Positions 43,148 through 54,734 are shown, counted from the first letter of the stretch. The stretch is 55,752 nucleotides of DNA from an uncultured Clostridia bacterium (GCA_947588635.1 CANPYN010000003.1:1-55752); one strand, 5' to 3'. The notes: generated by a model from the sequence alone, not told the origin. Translations and numbers: made by a program.

Positions 43148-44146
43148 TTATACTGCAAACAAAGCTATTATACAAAGTAATAATGTTATAATACAAAATA
43201 CAGATACTACTTTATTTTCTTTCCATCCTGATAATTCGAAATGATGATGTAAAGGAGCCATTTTTAATAACCTTTTTCCACCAGTCTTTTTAAAATATAC
43301 AACCTGTAATACCACTGATAAGGTTTCTAAAACCGGAATTAATGCAATTACTAACAATATAAGTGGCATCTTTAAATATAATGCTATTGCAGATATTACT
43401 CCTCCTAATAGTAGTGAACCAGTATCTCCCATAAAAACTTTTGCTGTGTTTAAATTAAATATTAAAAATCCTAAACATGCTCCAACTATTATACTACCAA
43501 AGACAATAATCTCTTTTACATCTAATATTATAGCAATAACTGTAAGACATGTAGTTATTATTGCAGAAACACTAGTACTTAACCCATCTATTCCATCTGT
43601 TAAATTAACTGCATTTGTAGTTGCAAGCATAACAAATATTACAAATGGAATATACAAACTCATAGGTAATACGACATACTCTTTAACAAAAGGTATAAAA
43701 GTTTCTGTTCCTAATTGTACTCCATTTATTAAATATAATGTGTATAAAACTGATATTACTAATAGTCCCAACATTTTATATGCAGGTTTTAATCCTTTAG
43801 TATCTTTTAGAACCAGTTTTTTAAAATCATCTATAAATCCTATTATCCCAAATCCTATTGTTATAAATAGCAATGGTAAAATATTTTTAGCTACATCTGG
43901 TTCTCTTGATGAATAATATAAATATCCTCCAATTGTTCCTATTATAATTCCAATTGCTATTATAATTCCTCCCATTGTAGGAGTACCTTGTTTTTTAAAA
44001 TGTGATTCTGGTCCATCGTCTCTTTCTATTTGACCTACTTTTAATCTTTTTAATATTGGTATAATAAATATTGATATAATTACTGTAGCAATAAATGATA
44101 CAAATAATATCCTTGTTTGGAAATACAAGTGTTCTTCCCCCTTCAA
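43148..44146 (-). CDS. mraY: Phospho-N-acetylmuramoyl-pentapeptide transferase
   Basis: KQGTPTMGG, NLTDGIDGL, FMGDTGS and MAPLHHHFE motifs. Confidence 0.96.
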   Translation of the reverse strand: MKGEEHLYFQTRILFVSFIATVIISIFIIPILKRLKVGQIERDDGPESHFKKQGTPTMGGIIIAIGIIIGTIGGYLYYSSREPDVAKNILPLLFITIGFGIIGFIDDFKKLVLKDTKGLKPAYKMLGLLVISVLYTLYLINGVQLGTETFIPFVKEYVVLPMSLYIPFVIFVMLATTNAVNLTDGIDGLSTSVSAIITTCLTVIAIILDVKEIIVFGSIIVGACLGFLIFNLNTAKVFMGDTGSLLLGGVISAIALYLKMPLILLVIALIPVLETLSVVLQVVYFKKTGGKRLLKMAPLHHHFELSGWKENKVVSVFCIITLLLCIIALFAV

Positions 44147-44203
44147 AATTACTGAAGCAAATTTTATATATTAACTATTTGCTATGCATAATTAATTGGC
44201 TTT

Positions 44204-45667
44204 TTATCCTATTAATTTCTTTATTATTTCTCTCTCATCAAAAGGATATTTTTTGCCATTTATTTCTTGATAAGTTTCATGTCCTTTTCCTGCTAAAACA
44301 ATAATGTCGTTCTTATTAGCCATATTAATTGCATATTCTATAGCTTCAATTCTATCAACAATTGCTATATATTTTCCTTTTGTTTTTTTAGTTCCTTTTT
44401 CAATTTGCTTAACTATATCATCTGGTTTTTCTGTCCTTGGATTATCCGAAGTTATAATTGTAAAATCTGCAATATTTCCTGATATTTCTCCCATTTGAGG
44501 TCTTTTACCAGGATCTCTATCTCCACCACATCCAAATACAGAAATTACTCTACCTCTTGTATAACTTTTAACTGCTGAAAGTATATTCTGTAGACTCTCT
44601 GGTGAATGGGCATAATCTATCATTATAGTAAGTTCTTTTTTATTTGGTACAAGTTCACTTCTACCTGGAACCTTTACCTCTAACATTGCCTCTTTTATTT
44701 CATCTGCAGATACACCAAATTTAGAAGCTATTGATATTGCTGCTAAAGAATTATAAACACTAAATCTACCAGGTATTCCTGTTTTTACTCTTTCATTTCT
44801 TGTACCTATTTTAACTTTAAAGTCCACACTTGAATTTGTTACTGTTATATCTTTAGCCAATAAATCTGCAGTATTGTCTATTCCATATGTTTTAATATCA
44901 CAATTTTTTACTAATTTTTTTACCTTTGCAACATGAAAATCATCTGCATTTATAAAACCTACTTTACATAAATCGAATAGCTTTAATTTAGAATTAAAAT
45001 AATCCTCCATATCTGGATGTTCTTTTTCACTTATATGATCCTCTGAAAAATTTGTAAATACTCCTATATTAAAGTCACATCCATCTACTCTATGTAACTT
45101 TAAACTTTGGGAAGATACTTCCATCACAACTGTGTCAACTTTTTCTTTTACCATCTGACTAAAAAGTTCTTGAAGTTCTAAACTCTCTGGTGTAGTTCTT
45201 GTACTTTCACCTAAATTTTTGTCTCCTATATAATTACTTATTGTTCCAATTAAACCTACTTTTTGACCGTGTTTTTCTAATATTGATTTTACCATAAATG
45301 ATGTAGTTGTTTTTCCTTTTGTACCCGTTATTCCTATTAAATTAAATTTCGAGGATGGATTTTTGTAAAAATTACATGCTATTTTCGCAAGAGCCTTTCT
45401 TGTATTTGGTGCCATAATTATTGTAACATCATCTGTTATATCACTCTTTTTTACACTTGCTCCCTCTTCTATCACAATAACTTTTGCTCCATTTTCTATT
45501 GCATTTTTTATATATTTGTGTCCATCTGTTTCATAACCTTTTATAGCTATGAACATTCCTCCTTCTTTTACATTTTTAGAATTATGTGCGATATTTTTTA
45601 CGTCTATATTTAAGTCCCCTTTTGCTTTTAATCCTTCAATATCATTTAACACAGCTTTCAAATTCAT
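44204..45667 (-). CDS. murE: UDP-MurNAc-tripeptide synthetase (DAP-adding)
   Basis: GITGTKGKTT, TTPES, DYAH, DNPR (DAP specificity) and AGKGHE motifs. Confidence 0.96.
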   Translation of the reverse strand: MNLKAVLNDIEGLKAKGDLNIDVKNIAHNSKNVKEGGMFIAIKGYETDGHKYIKNAIENGAKVIVIEEGASVKKSDITDDVTIIMAPNTRKALAKIACNFYKNPSSKFNLIGITGTKGKTTTSFMVKSILEKHGQKVGLIGTISNYIGDKNLGESTRTTPESLELQELFSQMVKEKVDTVVMEVSSQSLKLHRVDGCDFNIGVFTNFSEDHISEKEHPDMEDYFNSKLKLFDLCKVGFINADDFHVAKVKKLVKNCDIKTYGIDNTADLLAKDITVTNSSVDFKVKIGTRNERVKTGIPGRFSVYNSLAAISIASKFGVSADEIKEAMLEVKVPGRSELVPNKKELTIMIDYAHSPESLQNILSAVKSYTRGRVISVFGCGGDRDPGKRPQMGEISGNIADFTIITSDNPRTEKPDDIVKQIEKGTKKTKGKYIAIVDRIEAIEYAINMANKNDIIVLAGKGHETYQEINGKKYPFDEREIIKKLIG

Positions 45668-45755
45668 GTTTATTCTCCCCTTATTTTATTTATATTTATT
45701 TATTATATAATTAATTTTTTATTTTGTATAGTAAATTTAATTATTTTTTTGATTA

Positions 45756-47758
45756 TTATTGTATATATATGGTAACTTTTGTACCCGCATTTACTTGTAT
45801 TCCTTTTTTAGGTAATTGTTCCATAACTATTTTTTGAGATATATCTTCTCCTTCTATTTCTTCTGTTTGTTGCTCCACATTAACATCTAATCCTAATTCT
45901 TTTAATTCTTTCTTTGCTTCTTCAACAGTCATTTCTATCACATTTGGCATTTCGATACTTTCTGTTATTTCCTCTTCTGTTTCTTGCTTTTTCACTTCTA
46001 GATATGGTAAAACTTCTCCGGAGTACTTGTGATGCAATTGGTGCTGCAATTGCACCTCCTTGGTGCCCTCCTTCTCCTGTTGGATTATACAATAGGATTA
46101 AAATCACTACCTCTGGATCAGAAATGTCGGCAACTCCAACAAAAGATGTAACATATTTATTAGTATTTACTCCATCCTCTGATGTACCTGTTTTTCCTCC
46201 TACTGAATATCCTTTTACTTGTGCATTTTTACCAGTTCCTTCTGCTACTACTGATTCCATCATACTAAGTACCTTTTTAGCTGTTTCTTGGGATATTATT
46301 TGCTCACCTTCAGTTGTCTCTATTTCATTTTTCTCTCCTGTTTGACTATCTATTGTTGCTTTTACAAGTCTTGGTGTGAATTTCTTACCATTATTTGCAA
46401 TTGTTGAAACAAGTGTTAGCATTTGTATTGGTGTTATTTCAAATCTTTGACCAAATGATATTGTAGCAAGTTCCACTGGTCCTACTTTATCTTCCTTTAA
46501 AAAAATGCTTCCTGCTTCACCTGGAAGGTCAATACCCGTTTTTGATAGTAAACCAAATTTTTCTAAATAATCATAATATTTTTCTACACCTATTTTTTGT
46601 CCGAAGTCCTATAAATACAGGATTGCATGAATTCATTAGAGCTTGCCTTAAACTTTGAGAACCATGTGGTCTATAATATCTCCAACATTTAATTCTTGTT
46701 CCTGCTATATTTATTGAACCCGTACAAGCAAATTCTCCAGAATTATCAGTATCAGTTATTCCTTCTTCTAATGCCGCAGAAGATGTAAGCAATTTAAAAG
46801 TAGATCCTGGTTCGTATGTATCTGATATAGCCTTGTTTCTCCACATCTGTTGGAGGGACTCTGATTTATCTTTAGACGATAAGGTATCCCATACATACTC
46901 TAAATCCTCTTCATTAATTTTATATGGATTATTTAAATCATAATTTGGATATCCTGCCATAGCTAAAATATCTCCTGTTTTTGGGTTTGCAATTAATATA
47001 TTTCCACCATCGGTACAAACATTGTCTATACATGCTTGCTCTAAATACTTTTCTGCAATTGATTGTATTGTCATATCTATTGATAAAACTATGTCATCTC
47101 CATCAATTGCTGCAATATAATCTTCACCTTCATTGCCTAAATCTGTTCCTCTTGCATCAGTTATTTTTAAAATTTTACCTGTGCTTCCTTTTAATATATC
47201 ATCATATCTACTTTCAATCCCCTCTAATCCCTGATTATCACTTCCTGTAAATCCAATTACATTAGATGCAAGTGTAGCATATGGATAGTATCTTTTAGTA
47301 TCCTCATCTATATTTATTCCAGAAATAATATTATTTTCATTCATCCATTCCCTTAATTTATCTGTTTGTTCTTTATCCACCTTTTTAACAATGGTTTCAA
47401 TTGAACTATTTTTACTTACTTTTTTAAATACATTTTCATATTCTAAATTAAATATATCTGATATTGCTCTTGAAACTTTCTCTTTGTCTTCTTTTCTTAT
47501 ATTGCTTGGAGTTACAGATACAGTTTCTACGCTTGCACTTACAGCCAGTATATTTTTACCTGTACTATCATATATTGTTCCTCTTTTAGGATTAATTTTT
47601 CTGTTTAGTGTTTGTTGTGTATATGCCATTGATTGTAATTCTGACCCCTGAACAAATTGTATAATTCCTACTCTAATAATAAGTAATGTGCAAATTAAAA
47701 AACATACAAATAAAATATTTCTTAGTCTTTTTTTTCTACTCATATTTGTAGCTTTCAT
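45756..47758 (-). CDS. spoVD: Class B PBP (SpoVD/FtsI-like) with PASTA domain; ~666 aa after two +1 shifts at CGG
   Basis: EPGSTFK, SCN and KTGT motifs; CTT-CGGA (46600-46603) and CTC-CGGA (46017-46020) join three ORF pieces. Confidence 0.85.
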
Positions 47759-48180
47759 CTAAATACCTCCAAATATATTTGGATATTAAATTGTAATTTG
47801 TTTGAGAGTCCGCATGTGCTTGAAACTTTCCTTTATCCTAGCAAATTAAAAGTGTTATAGCATTTTCATCCGAGACTAACAAACAACATTTTTTTCCATA
47901 AAACAATAATAATATCTATGATTGATGCTTTAATCTTACTTAAATATATTCGATATTGCATTTATTATAACTTTAAAATCATATGAATCATTCTATTTAA
48001 AATAATTATTTTCATTTTTATTTTGTTGTTTTTCTTTGCAAAATATGTAAAAAAATAAATAAAAATAAAACAATTTGTATAAAAAAACAAAAACTGATAA
48101 AAATAATTATTATTAAAACTGTATTAAAAGATTTTTCTTTTAATAATATTTTAAAATATTTTAAGAAAGGAATTGATAAA

Positions 48181-49308
48181 ATGAAAAACATTAAAAAAAT
48201 AGTTTTAGCTTTAATAGTATTATTAGCATCTGTAATTTTATACTCTCCTTTTAGTAATGCAGCAAATGCAACAGTAACAGCAGATTCCGAAAGCAGTTTA
48301 ACAAATGCAATCGAAAATGCATCAAATGGAGATATTATTGAATTAAGCACAGATATTTCTTTAACTAGTCCAATCGAAATAAAAGACAAAACAATAACAA
48401 TTGATGGTAAGGGACATTCTATATCTAAAAACGTCGCTACTTGGAATGATAGTGGTGCTAATGCTACTTTAATTACTGCTGGTATGAATTCAAATGTTAC
48501 TTTAAGTAATTTAACTTTAAGAGATAGTAAAAAATATGGAGCACAAGCATACAATGGTGGTTATCTAATTTTAGATAATGTAATAATTTACGATTGCGCT
48601 TATGGTGGTGTAATAGTTAATGCTGGTACTCTTGAAATTAGAAATTTATCTTTAAGACATAATGGTAAAGAAAATTCTAATAATGGTATAGAAATAGGAA
48701 AAGGAAAAGAATTAGATGATAGTTATGGAACTAATCAACCAAAATTAATAATGAATGGTGTATTAACATCAACAGAAACTGAAAATGTTATTTATCTTGC
48801 TTCAAACGACTATTTAACTGAATTTAGTGTAGAAACTTCCGAAAATAGTCAAGACAAGCTTTTTATAGACGGAAATAAAGTAGTTGTAGCAAATGAAAAT
48901 AATGAAATAAAATTTGAAAGTAACGAAAATGAAAAAATTCAAATAGAAGGTACAACATATACACCAGATGTAACAATAACAATTAATTTAAATGGTAAAA
49001 CAACAACTGTAAGCGTTGCAGAAGGAACAACTCTTACAAAAAATGAATTAATTTCTAAAATTGATTTAAAATCTTTAGGTCTTAATAATTATAGTATAGT
49101 TGATTTCTATACTAATGAAGATTACTCAGAAAAATTTGATTTTAACAATCCAATTACAACAGATACTATCATTTATGCTAAACTTCAATCTATTAATCAA
49201 AGTGATAACACACCAAAAACAGGTTCTAATGATACTTTAAGTATTTGGTTATTTATGATTGTTGTGTCTTCAATATCATTAATAGCATTAAAAAATAAGA
49301 ATATATAA
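48181..49308 (+). CDS. Secreted, probably sortase-anchored surface protein
   Basis: Signal peptide, beta-helix-like body, B-repeat-like segment (FDFNNPITTDTIIYAK), TPKTG followed by a TM helix and basic tail. Confidence 0.75.
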   Translation: MKNIKKIVLALIVLLASVILYSPFSNAANATVTADSESSLTNAIENASNGDIIELSTDISLTSPIEIKDKTITIDGKGHSISKNVATWNDSGANATLITAGMNSNVTLSNLTLRDSKKYGAQAYNGGYLILDNVIIYDCAYGGVIVNAGTLEIRNLSLRHNGKENSNNGIEIGKGKELDDSYGTNQPKLIMNGVLTSTETENVIYLASNDYLTEFSVETSENSQDKLFIDGNKVVVANENNEIKFESNENEKIQIEGTTYTPDVTITINLNGKTTTVSVAEGTTLTKNELISKIDLKSLGLNNYSIVDFYTNEDYSEKFDFNNPITTDTIIYAKLQSINQSDNTPKTGSNDTLSIWLFMIVVSSISLIALKNKNI

Positions 49309-49339
49309 ATTGAGAAAAAAGGTCCACGCCCTTTTTTCA

Positions 49340-49390
49340 CAGAGTATTGACAAACCCCAGATATTTTTTCTGGGGTTTGTCAATACTCTG
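49340..49390. terminator. Perfect 22-bp inverted repeat between convergent genes
   Basis: cagagtattgacaaaccccaga / tctggggtttgtcaatactctg. Confidence 0.7.
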
Positions 49391-49421
49391 AAGATTAGTA
49401 TTTACTTAATTAATACTAATC

Positions 49422-49943
49422 CTATTTAAACATATTTATAATTTTGTTTATTACACCTTTTAGTCCGCCTTCATCATTATTCTCTATTGTTACATCTTCT
49501 ATTGCAGGTTCTATGTAGTCATTTTTAGGTAAAGTAACATATCTTGTTTGTTTTGAGTTAAGCTTTTGCATTCCCAACTTTTCTTTTGCTTGTTGTTCTA
49601 AATTGCTTAAATTCATTCCATTTTCAATAGAAATTTCTAATTGTGCATTCTGTTTTTCAACATCTGCAACTTCTTGCTTTAAGTCTTGTACTTTTGCAAA
49701 ATTTTCATCTATTTGTGAATTTCTATAACAAATCCCAAAAATTATTGCAAATCCTATAATTAAATATTTTACCATTTGTCTTTGTCTCTTTTTTAATTGT
49801 TTTACTTTATTCTTGTTTGTTTTTTTTGTAGTTTTATATGCTGTAGACTTTTTTGTTTTATATGGATTTTTTATAGGTGTATATTCAGGTTCAAGTTTTC
49901 TTGGACTAGTTTCATATTGATACTTATTAAAATTTCTTGGCAC
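49422..49943 (-). CDS. ftsL: Cell division protein FtsL-like
   Basis: Single TM helix plus coiled coil ending AKEKLGM, immediately after rsmH. Confidence 0.75.
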   Translation of the reverse strand: MPRNFNKYQYETSPRKLEPEYTPIKNPYKTKKSTAYKTTKKTNKNKVKQLKKRQRQMVKYLIIGFAIIFGICYRNSQIDENFAKVQDLKQEVADVEKQNAQLEISIENGMNLSNLEQQAKEKLGMQKLNSKQTRYVTLPKNDYIEPAIEDVTIENNDEGGLKGVINKIINMFK

Positions 49944-49976
49944 TTATATACACCTCCTTTATATTTATCATTTGCT

Positions 49977-50919
49977 CTATAATTTTTCAAATACTCTTAA
50001 TTTTGCACTTTTACTTCTTGAATTAACTCTTATTTCTTCATCATTTGGTAAAATTGGTTTTTTTGTAATTATTTTTCCCATGTTCTTTTTTCCACAAACA
50101 CAATATGGAAGTCCTGGTGGACATGTACATCTTCCTGTTGCCTGAATATATGCTTGCTTTACTGCTCTATCCTCTAATGAGTGAAATGTTATTATACAAA
50201 TTCTTCCTTTACTATTTAGGAGTTCTATGGAATCCATTACAGTACTATATAATGGTTTTATTTCATTATTTACTTCTATCCTAATTGCTTGAAAAGTTCT
50301 TTTAGCTGGATGCCCTTGTTTTTGATTATATGAAACTGGTATACTTTTTTCTATAATTTCTGCTAATTTTGAAGTAGTTAAAATCTTCTCTTTTTCTCTA
50401 TATTTACAAATATTCTTAGCAATTTTACGTGAAAACTTTTCTTCTCCATATTCATATATAACTCTTGCTAACTCTTCTTCTTTATAATTATTTACTACGT
50501 ATTCAGCAGTAAGTTCTTGTGTTTTATCCATTCTCATATCCAATGGACCATCTTGCATATATGTAAATCCTCTAGACTTTTCGTCTATCTGATATGATGA
50601 AACTCCTAAATCTAATAAAATTCCATCAACTTTATTTATATTTAAATTCTTTACTACTTCTTTTATATTGTCATGATTATCGTGTACAAAACATACATTT
50701 TTAAACTCTTTCAATCTTTCTTTAGCAACTTCTATAGCATCTGTATCTCTATCAATTCCTATTAATAAACCTTTTTCAGACAATCTTTTTGCTATATGAT
50801 AGCTATGTCCGGCTCCACCGCATTGTACCATCTATATAAATACCCTCTGGCTTTATATTTAAATTATCTATACACTCATTCAGCAAAACCGGTGTGTGAT
50901 TAAAATTTTTATCTGCCAT
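49977..50919 (-). CDS. rsmH: 16S rRNA m4C1402 methyltransferase; 313 aa after one +1 shift at CGG
   Basis: True start [15 protein letters not shown] at 50919; ATG-CGGT at 50817-50820 restores the SAM motif DGTM-G-GAGHS; DLGVSS and FHSLEDR motifs. Confidence 0.95.
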
Positions 50920-51260
50920 TTTTTACCCCTAAAATCTGACCTATATCTTATAACAAGTATAAACAGTTGGCATAAAGCTTGTACCAACTGTCATTCCTAT
51001 CTTGTAATTATCTTTTGTATTTTCGGACGGCTTATTAGCCGTCCATGTGTTTTCATTTGTATATTTGTAGTCACATTAAAACTACCAATTCATTAGTATT
51101 TTAAACTTTCTTTTGTACATATATATTTTTACTTTTGTAAATCATAATTTTTCATTTGTAAAATTCTGCTTTTGTATATTAATAATCTTTTCTCTTGTAT
51201 AAATTAATCTTTTGTATACTACATATTTTTCTTTTGTATTTTATATAAACTTTATGCAAG

Positions 51261-51693
51261 TTATATACCTAGATTTTCCATTCTTTCTGCTATTTCATCA
51301 GCTGCTAAATTTTCTTCTTCACTATATTTAAGCCATTTATCTTTGCTCCAAATTTCTATTTTATCTAATACTCCTATAATTACAACTTCTTTTTTAAGTT
51401 CTGCAAATTCTCTCAAATTATTTGTTATTAAAAATCTTCCTTGCTTATCAATTTCACATTCTGTTGCTTTAGCTAAGAAAAATCTTTTTAGAGCTCTTGC
51501 ATCTTTATTTGTAAGTGGAAATGTTCTTAATTTTTCTTCGAAGTTTTTCCATTCGTCTCCGCGAATATACAAACAAACATCCATCTAATCCTTGTGTTAT
51601 AACAAATTTTTCGCCTATATCTTCTTTTAGTTTTGCTGGCATTATAAGTCTGCCTTTTGCATCAATTGAATGTTCATATTCGCCTATTAACAA
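51261..51693 (-). CDS. mraZ: Transcriptional regulator MraZ; 143 aa after one +1 shift at CGG
   Basis: DAKGRL and DKQGRF repeats; TCG-CGGA at 51558-51561 joins CLFVYS-G-DEWKNFEEKL; TTG start after GAGGTG. Confidence 0.93.
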
Positions 51694-51729
51694 ATGTTTC
51701 ACCTCTTTTCTATATAAAGGATTTTTTTA

Positions 51730-51762
51730 CCACTTTCCTCCACTTCGTTCCACTTTGACCAT
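51730..51762 (-). promoter_or_regulatory. MraZ-binding repeats (GTGG boxes at 10-bp spacing)
   Basis: GTGG at 51753, 51743 and 51733 on the minus strand upstream of mraZ. Confidence 0.75.
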
Positions 51763-51900
51763 ATTTTATATGATAAATTACTAAAATGCAATAGTTTTTT
51801 GAAAGTTTTTTTATTTTTTTTGATTACTATAATTATTAAATAAATTTTAAATATATCTATCATTATTTTATATAATAAAATTATTTTTTTATGTTAAGTA

Positions 51901-51929
51901 TTGACATAATTTTCTAATTGTATTATAAT
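51901..51929 (+). promoter_or_regulatory. Consensus sigmaA promoter
   Basis: TTGACA-17-TATAAT. Confidence 0.8.
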
Positions 51930-51965
51930 AAAATTGTATAATTACTTAAGAGAGGGGGAACATTT

Positions 51966-52109
51966 ATGGAAAATGACCTCATAAATATTACTAATGAAGA
52001 TTTAGAAAAACTATCGCTTGAAGAATTAGCTGATTTAAAAATCGAATTAGATGATTTAATGTCAAGAATAGATGACATGATAAAAATGTGTGATGAAATT
52101 ATAAAATAA
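51966..52109 (+). CDS. Small acidic 47-aa helical protein, not in the ORF track
   Basis: GAGGGGG RBS, MENDLINITNEDLEKLSLEELADLK..., just below a consensus promoter. Confidence 0.65.
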   Translation: MENDLINITNEDLEKLSLEELADLKIELDDLMSRIDDMIKMCDEIIK

Positions 52110-52127
52110 AATTATTAGGAGGTAAAT

Positions 52128-53243
52128 ATGGCTACAGATATTAAAAAATTAAATGAAGAATATTTAAAACAAGATTCAGTTTTAAAAAAATTAGAACAGC
52201 CAGGTGGACTAAAAGATAAAATAGCAGACTTCGAAGATAAACTAAACGAAACATATGCAAATTTTAAAATTAAAACAGCTCAACTAGAACTAGCAAATTC
52301 AAGAAATGATAAAGCAACAGCAAAAACATTAAAAGCAGAGATAGAACAATGCCAAAAGGATGTTACAGACTATAAAAGCAAGTTAGAAAAAGCAAAAGCA
52401 ATTTTATCTAAGCAAAAAGGATTAGTTGATGCAAAATTTGAAGAATTAACTAAAGACCCAGAAACTAAGAAAAAATTAGATTCAATATTATATAAAAGAT
52501 ATGATAGAAAGAAAAAACAAGCAAGCGAGAAGAAAGAACAATTAGAATCTATAAAGGAAATTCTAAATGATCATCCAAATCTTCAAAAACTTCTTAAAGG
52601 TGTTGACAATTATAATAAATCAATTAAAGGATGCAATACTATAATTAAAAAGCTATCTACTAAATCACCTTTAACACCTGAAGAAGCAAAACGATTAGCA
52701 AAAGCTCAAAGTGATTTACCTACATTTGAAGCAAAACGTGATTCAATACGTGGACAATTTGTAGGTTACTTTACAAAAAATCATCCAGAAATAGATAAAA
52801 AACTATTAGAAAGTATAAAATCACCTGAAAACCTCGATAGGCAAATTGTAGGAACAGAAAAATCAATTAAAGATTACACAAAAGCTATGGATGAGTTATC
52901 TGTATCAAAGCAAATTGATCCATTGTTAACTAGACGTCCTATACCGGCATATGAACCCCCAAAAAGGCCATCTTGGTTTCATCCAATTAAAAGAATTAAA
53001 TTTAATATTGATCGAAGAAAAGCCTTGAAAGATCCTGGGGAACCATTAGAACTAATGGATCCTGATGAATCTGCAAAACAAAAGAAAGAATTTTTAGATG
53101 AATTAAAATTCTCTAAAGATGAATATAATTCTGAAATCGTTCAAAAATATCTTGATAGCAATTACAAAGATAACTTACATAAAGTTGCAAAAGATAGTAG
53201 TAAGACTGTAAAAGATAAAGATGACGATGGTCCTAGTAAATAA
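52128..53243 (+). CDS. Lys-rich coiled-coil hypothetical protein
   Basis: 371-aa ORF, AGGAGGT RBS, heptad-rich sequence. Confidence 0.75.
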   Translation: MATDIKKLNEEYLKQDSVLKKLEQPGGLKDKIADFEDKLNETYANFKIKTAQLELANSRNDKATAKTLKAEIEQCQKDVTDYKSKLEKAKAILSKQKGLVDAKFEELTKDPETKKKLDSILYKRYDRKKKQASEKKEQLESIKEILNDHPNLQKLLKGVDNYNKSIKGCNTIIKKLSTKSPLTPEEAKRLAKAQSDLPTFEAKRDSIRGQFVGYFTKNHPEIDKKLLESIKSPENLDRQIVGTEKSIKDYTKAMDELSVSKQIDPLLTRRPIPAYEPPKRPSWFHPIKRIKFNIDRRKALKDPGEPLELMDPDESAKQKKEFLDELKFSKDEYNSEIVQKYLDSNYKDNLHKVAKDSSKTVKDKDDDGPSK

Positions 53244-53299
53244 TGAGAAAATGGGATTATCCCTTTTTCCTTATAATATATAAAAAATAGTCACTTCAA

Positions 53300-54616
53300 T
53301 TAGAAGTGGCTATTTTTTTCTAATAATAATTTTTTTAACGATCTCTCAGCCATTTTATTATACCTCTCTTGCTTATCTTTTATCTTTTCTTCCAGCGGAG
53401 GCAATATACCAAAATTAGCATTCATAGGCTGAAATTTTTTATTAGCTGTAGATATATATTTTGATAACGCACCAATTACTGTTTCATCAGAAAAAGTTAC
53501 TAAATTACTATTGTTATAAATCCTAGTAGAATTTACACCCGCTAATAATCCAGATGCTATAGACTCTACATATCCTTCTACACCTGTAATCTGTCCTGCA
53601 AAAAATACATTTGGTCTACTTTTTAAATTAAACGTATTATTTAACAATATTGATGAATTAATATATGTATTCCTATGCATTACACCATATTTTACAAATT
53701 CAGCGTTTTCTAAACCAGGTATCATCGAAAATACTCTTTTTTGTTCTCCAAACTTTAAATTTGTTTGAAATCCAACTAAATTATATAATGTCCCCATTTC
53801 ATTATCCTGTCTTAATTGTACAATAGCATAAGCTCTAGTATTCGTTCTTGGATCAGTAAACCCTACAGGCTTTAATGGTCCAAATCTTATTGTATCTTCT
53901 CCTCTTTTAGCCATCACCTCTATAGGCATACAGCCTTCAAATATCTCTTTTTTCTCAAAATTATGCAAATTAACTACTTCCGCTTCAATTAAAGCATTAT
54001 AAAAATTTTGATATTCTTCTTTGGTAAATGGTAAATTAATATAACTACAATCCCCCTCTTTTCCGTATCTGTCACCATAGAATCCAATATTCATATTAAC
54101 ACTACTCTTTTCAACTATTGGCGCAGCCGCATCATAAAAATACAACTTATCCTCTCCAGTAAGTTTAATAATCTGTTTTTCCATTTTTTCTGATGTTAAC
54201 GGACCTGTTGCAATAATAGTAATACAATCATCAACACTTATATTTTTAGTAAATTCTTCTCTTATAATCTCAATATTATCCATTTTTTCTATTTCGCTAG
54301 TCACTAACCTTGAAAACTTTTGTCTATCAACAGCCAAAGCCTGTCCAGCAGGCACAGACGTTTTATCGGCACACTTTATTAACAATGAATCCAATCTTCT
54401 CAATTCCTCTTTCAACAAACCACAAGCATTTGTAATAGAATTAGACTTAAAAGAATTACTACAAACAATCTCTGCCAAATCACTATTAGAATGTGCAGGA
54501 GAAAATACACTTGGTTTCATCTCATATAATTTAACCCTAATACCCCTCTTAGCAATTTGATAAGCAGCCTCACATCCTGCCAAACCGCCACCAATCACTC
54601 TTATATAATCTTTCAT
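53300..54616 (-). CDS. trmFO: FAD/folate-dependent tRNA m5U54 methyltransferase
   Basis: IGGGLAGCEAA, AEIVCSNS, GVMHRNTY and AGQITGVEGYVES motifs. Confidence 0.96.
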   Translation of the reverse strand: MKDYIRVIGGGLAGCEAAYQIAKRGIRVKLYEMKPSVFSPAHSNSDLAEIVCSNSFKSNSITNACGLLKEELRRLDSLLIKCADKTSVPAGQALAVDRQKFSRLVTSEIEKMDNIEIIREEFTKNISVDDCITIIATGPLTSEKMEKQIIKLTGEDKLYFYDAAAPIVEKSSVNMNIGFYGDRYGKEGDCSYINLPFTKEEYQNFYNALIEAEVVNLHNFEKKEIFEGCMPIEVMAKRGEDTIRFGPLKPVGFTDPRTNTRAYAIVQLRQDNEMGTLYNLVGFQTNLKFGEQKRVFSMIPGLENAEFVKYGVMHRNTYINSSILLNNTFNLKSRPNVFFAGQITGVEGYVESIASGLLAGVNSTRIYNNSNLVTFSDETVIGALSKYISTANKKFQPMNANFGILPPLEEKIKDKQERYNKMAERSLKKLLLEKNSHF

Positions 54617-54630
54617 ACTATCTCCTTTTT

Positions 54631-54734
54631 TTCCTTTTTTGGACGGACTAGATTTAGTCTTTTTTTATTTTAACACATCCAAAACCAATTTTCTACTTTT
54701 TTCTTTTTTTGGACGGACTAGATTTAGTCTCTTT
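54631..54734 (-). repeat. Two copies of the GACTAAATCTAGTCCGTCCAAAAAA REP-like motif at the transposase 3' end
   Basis: Core identical to the 44-bp array at 2808-3010; one copy encodes the last residues of the transposase. Confidence 0.85.

Noticed and set aside
47798-47886. Possible structured element upstream of spoVD
   Set aside because: Only weak terminal complementarity and no second copy in the window; not enough support.
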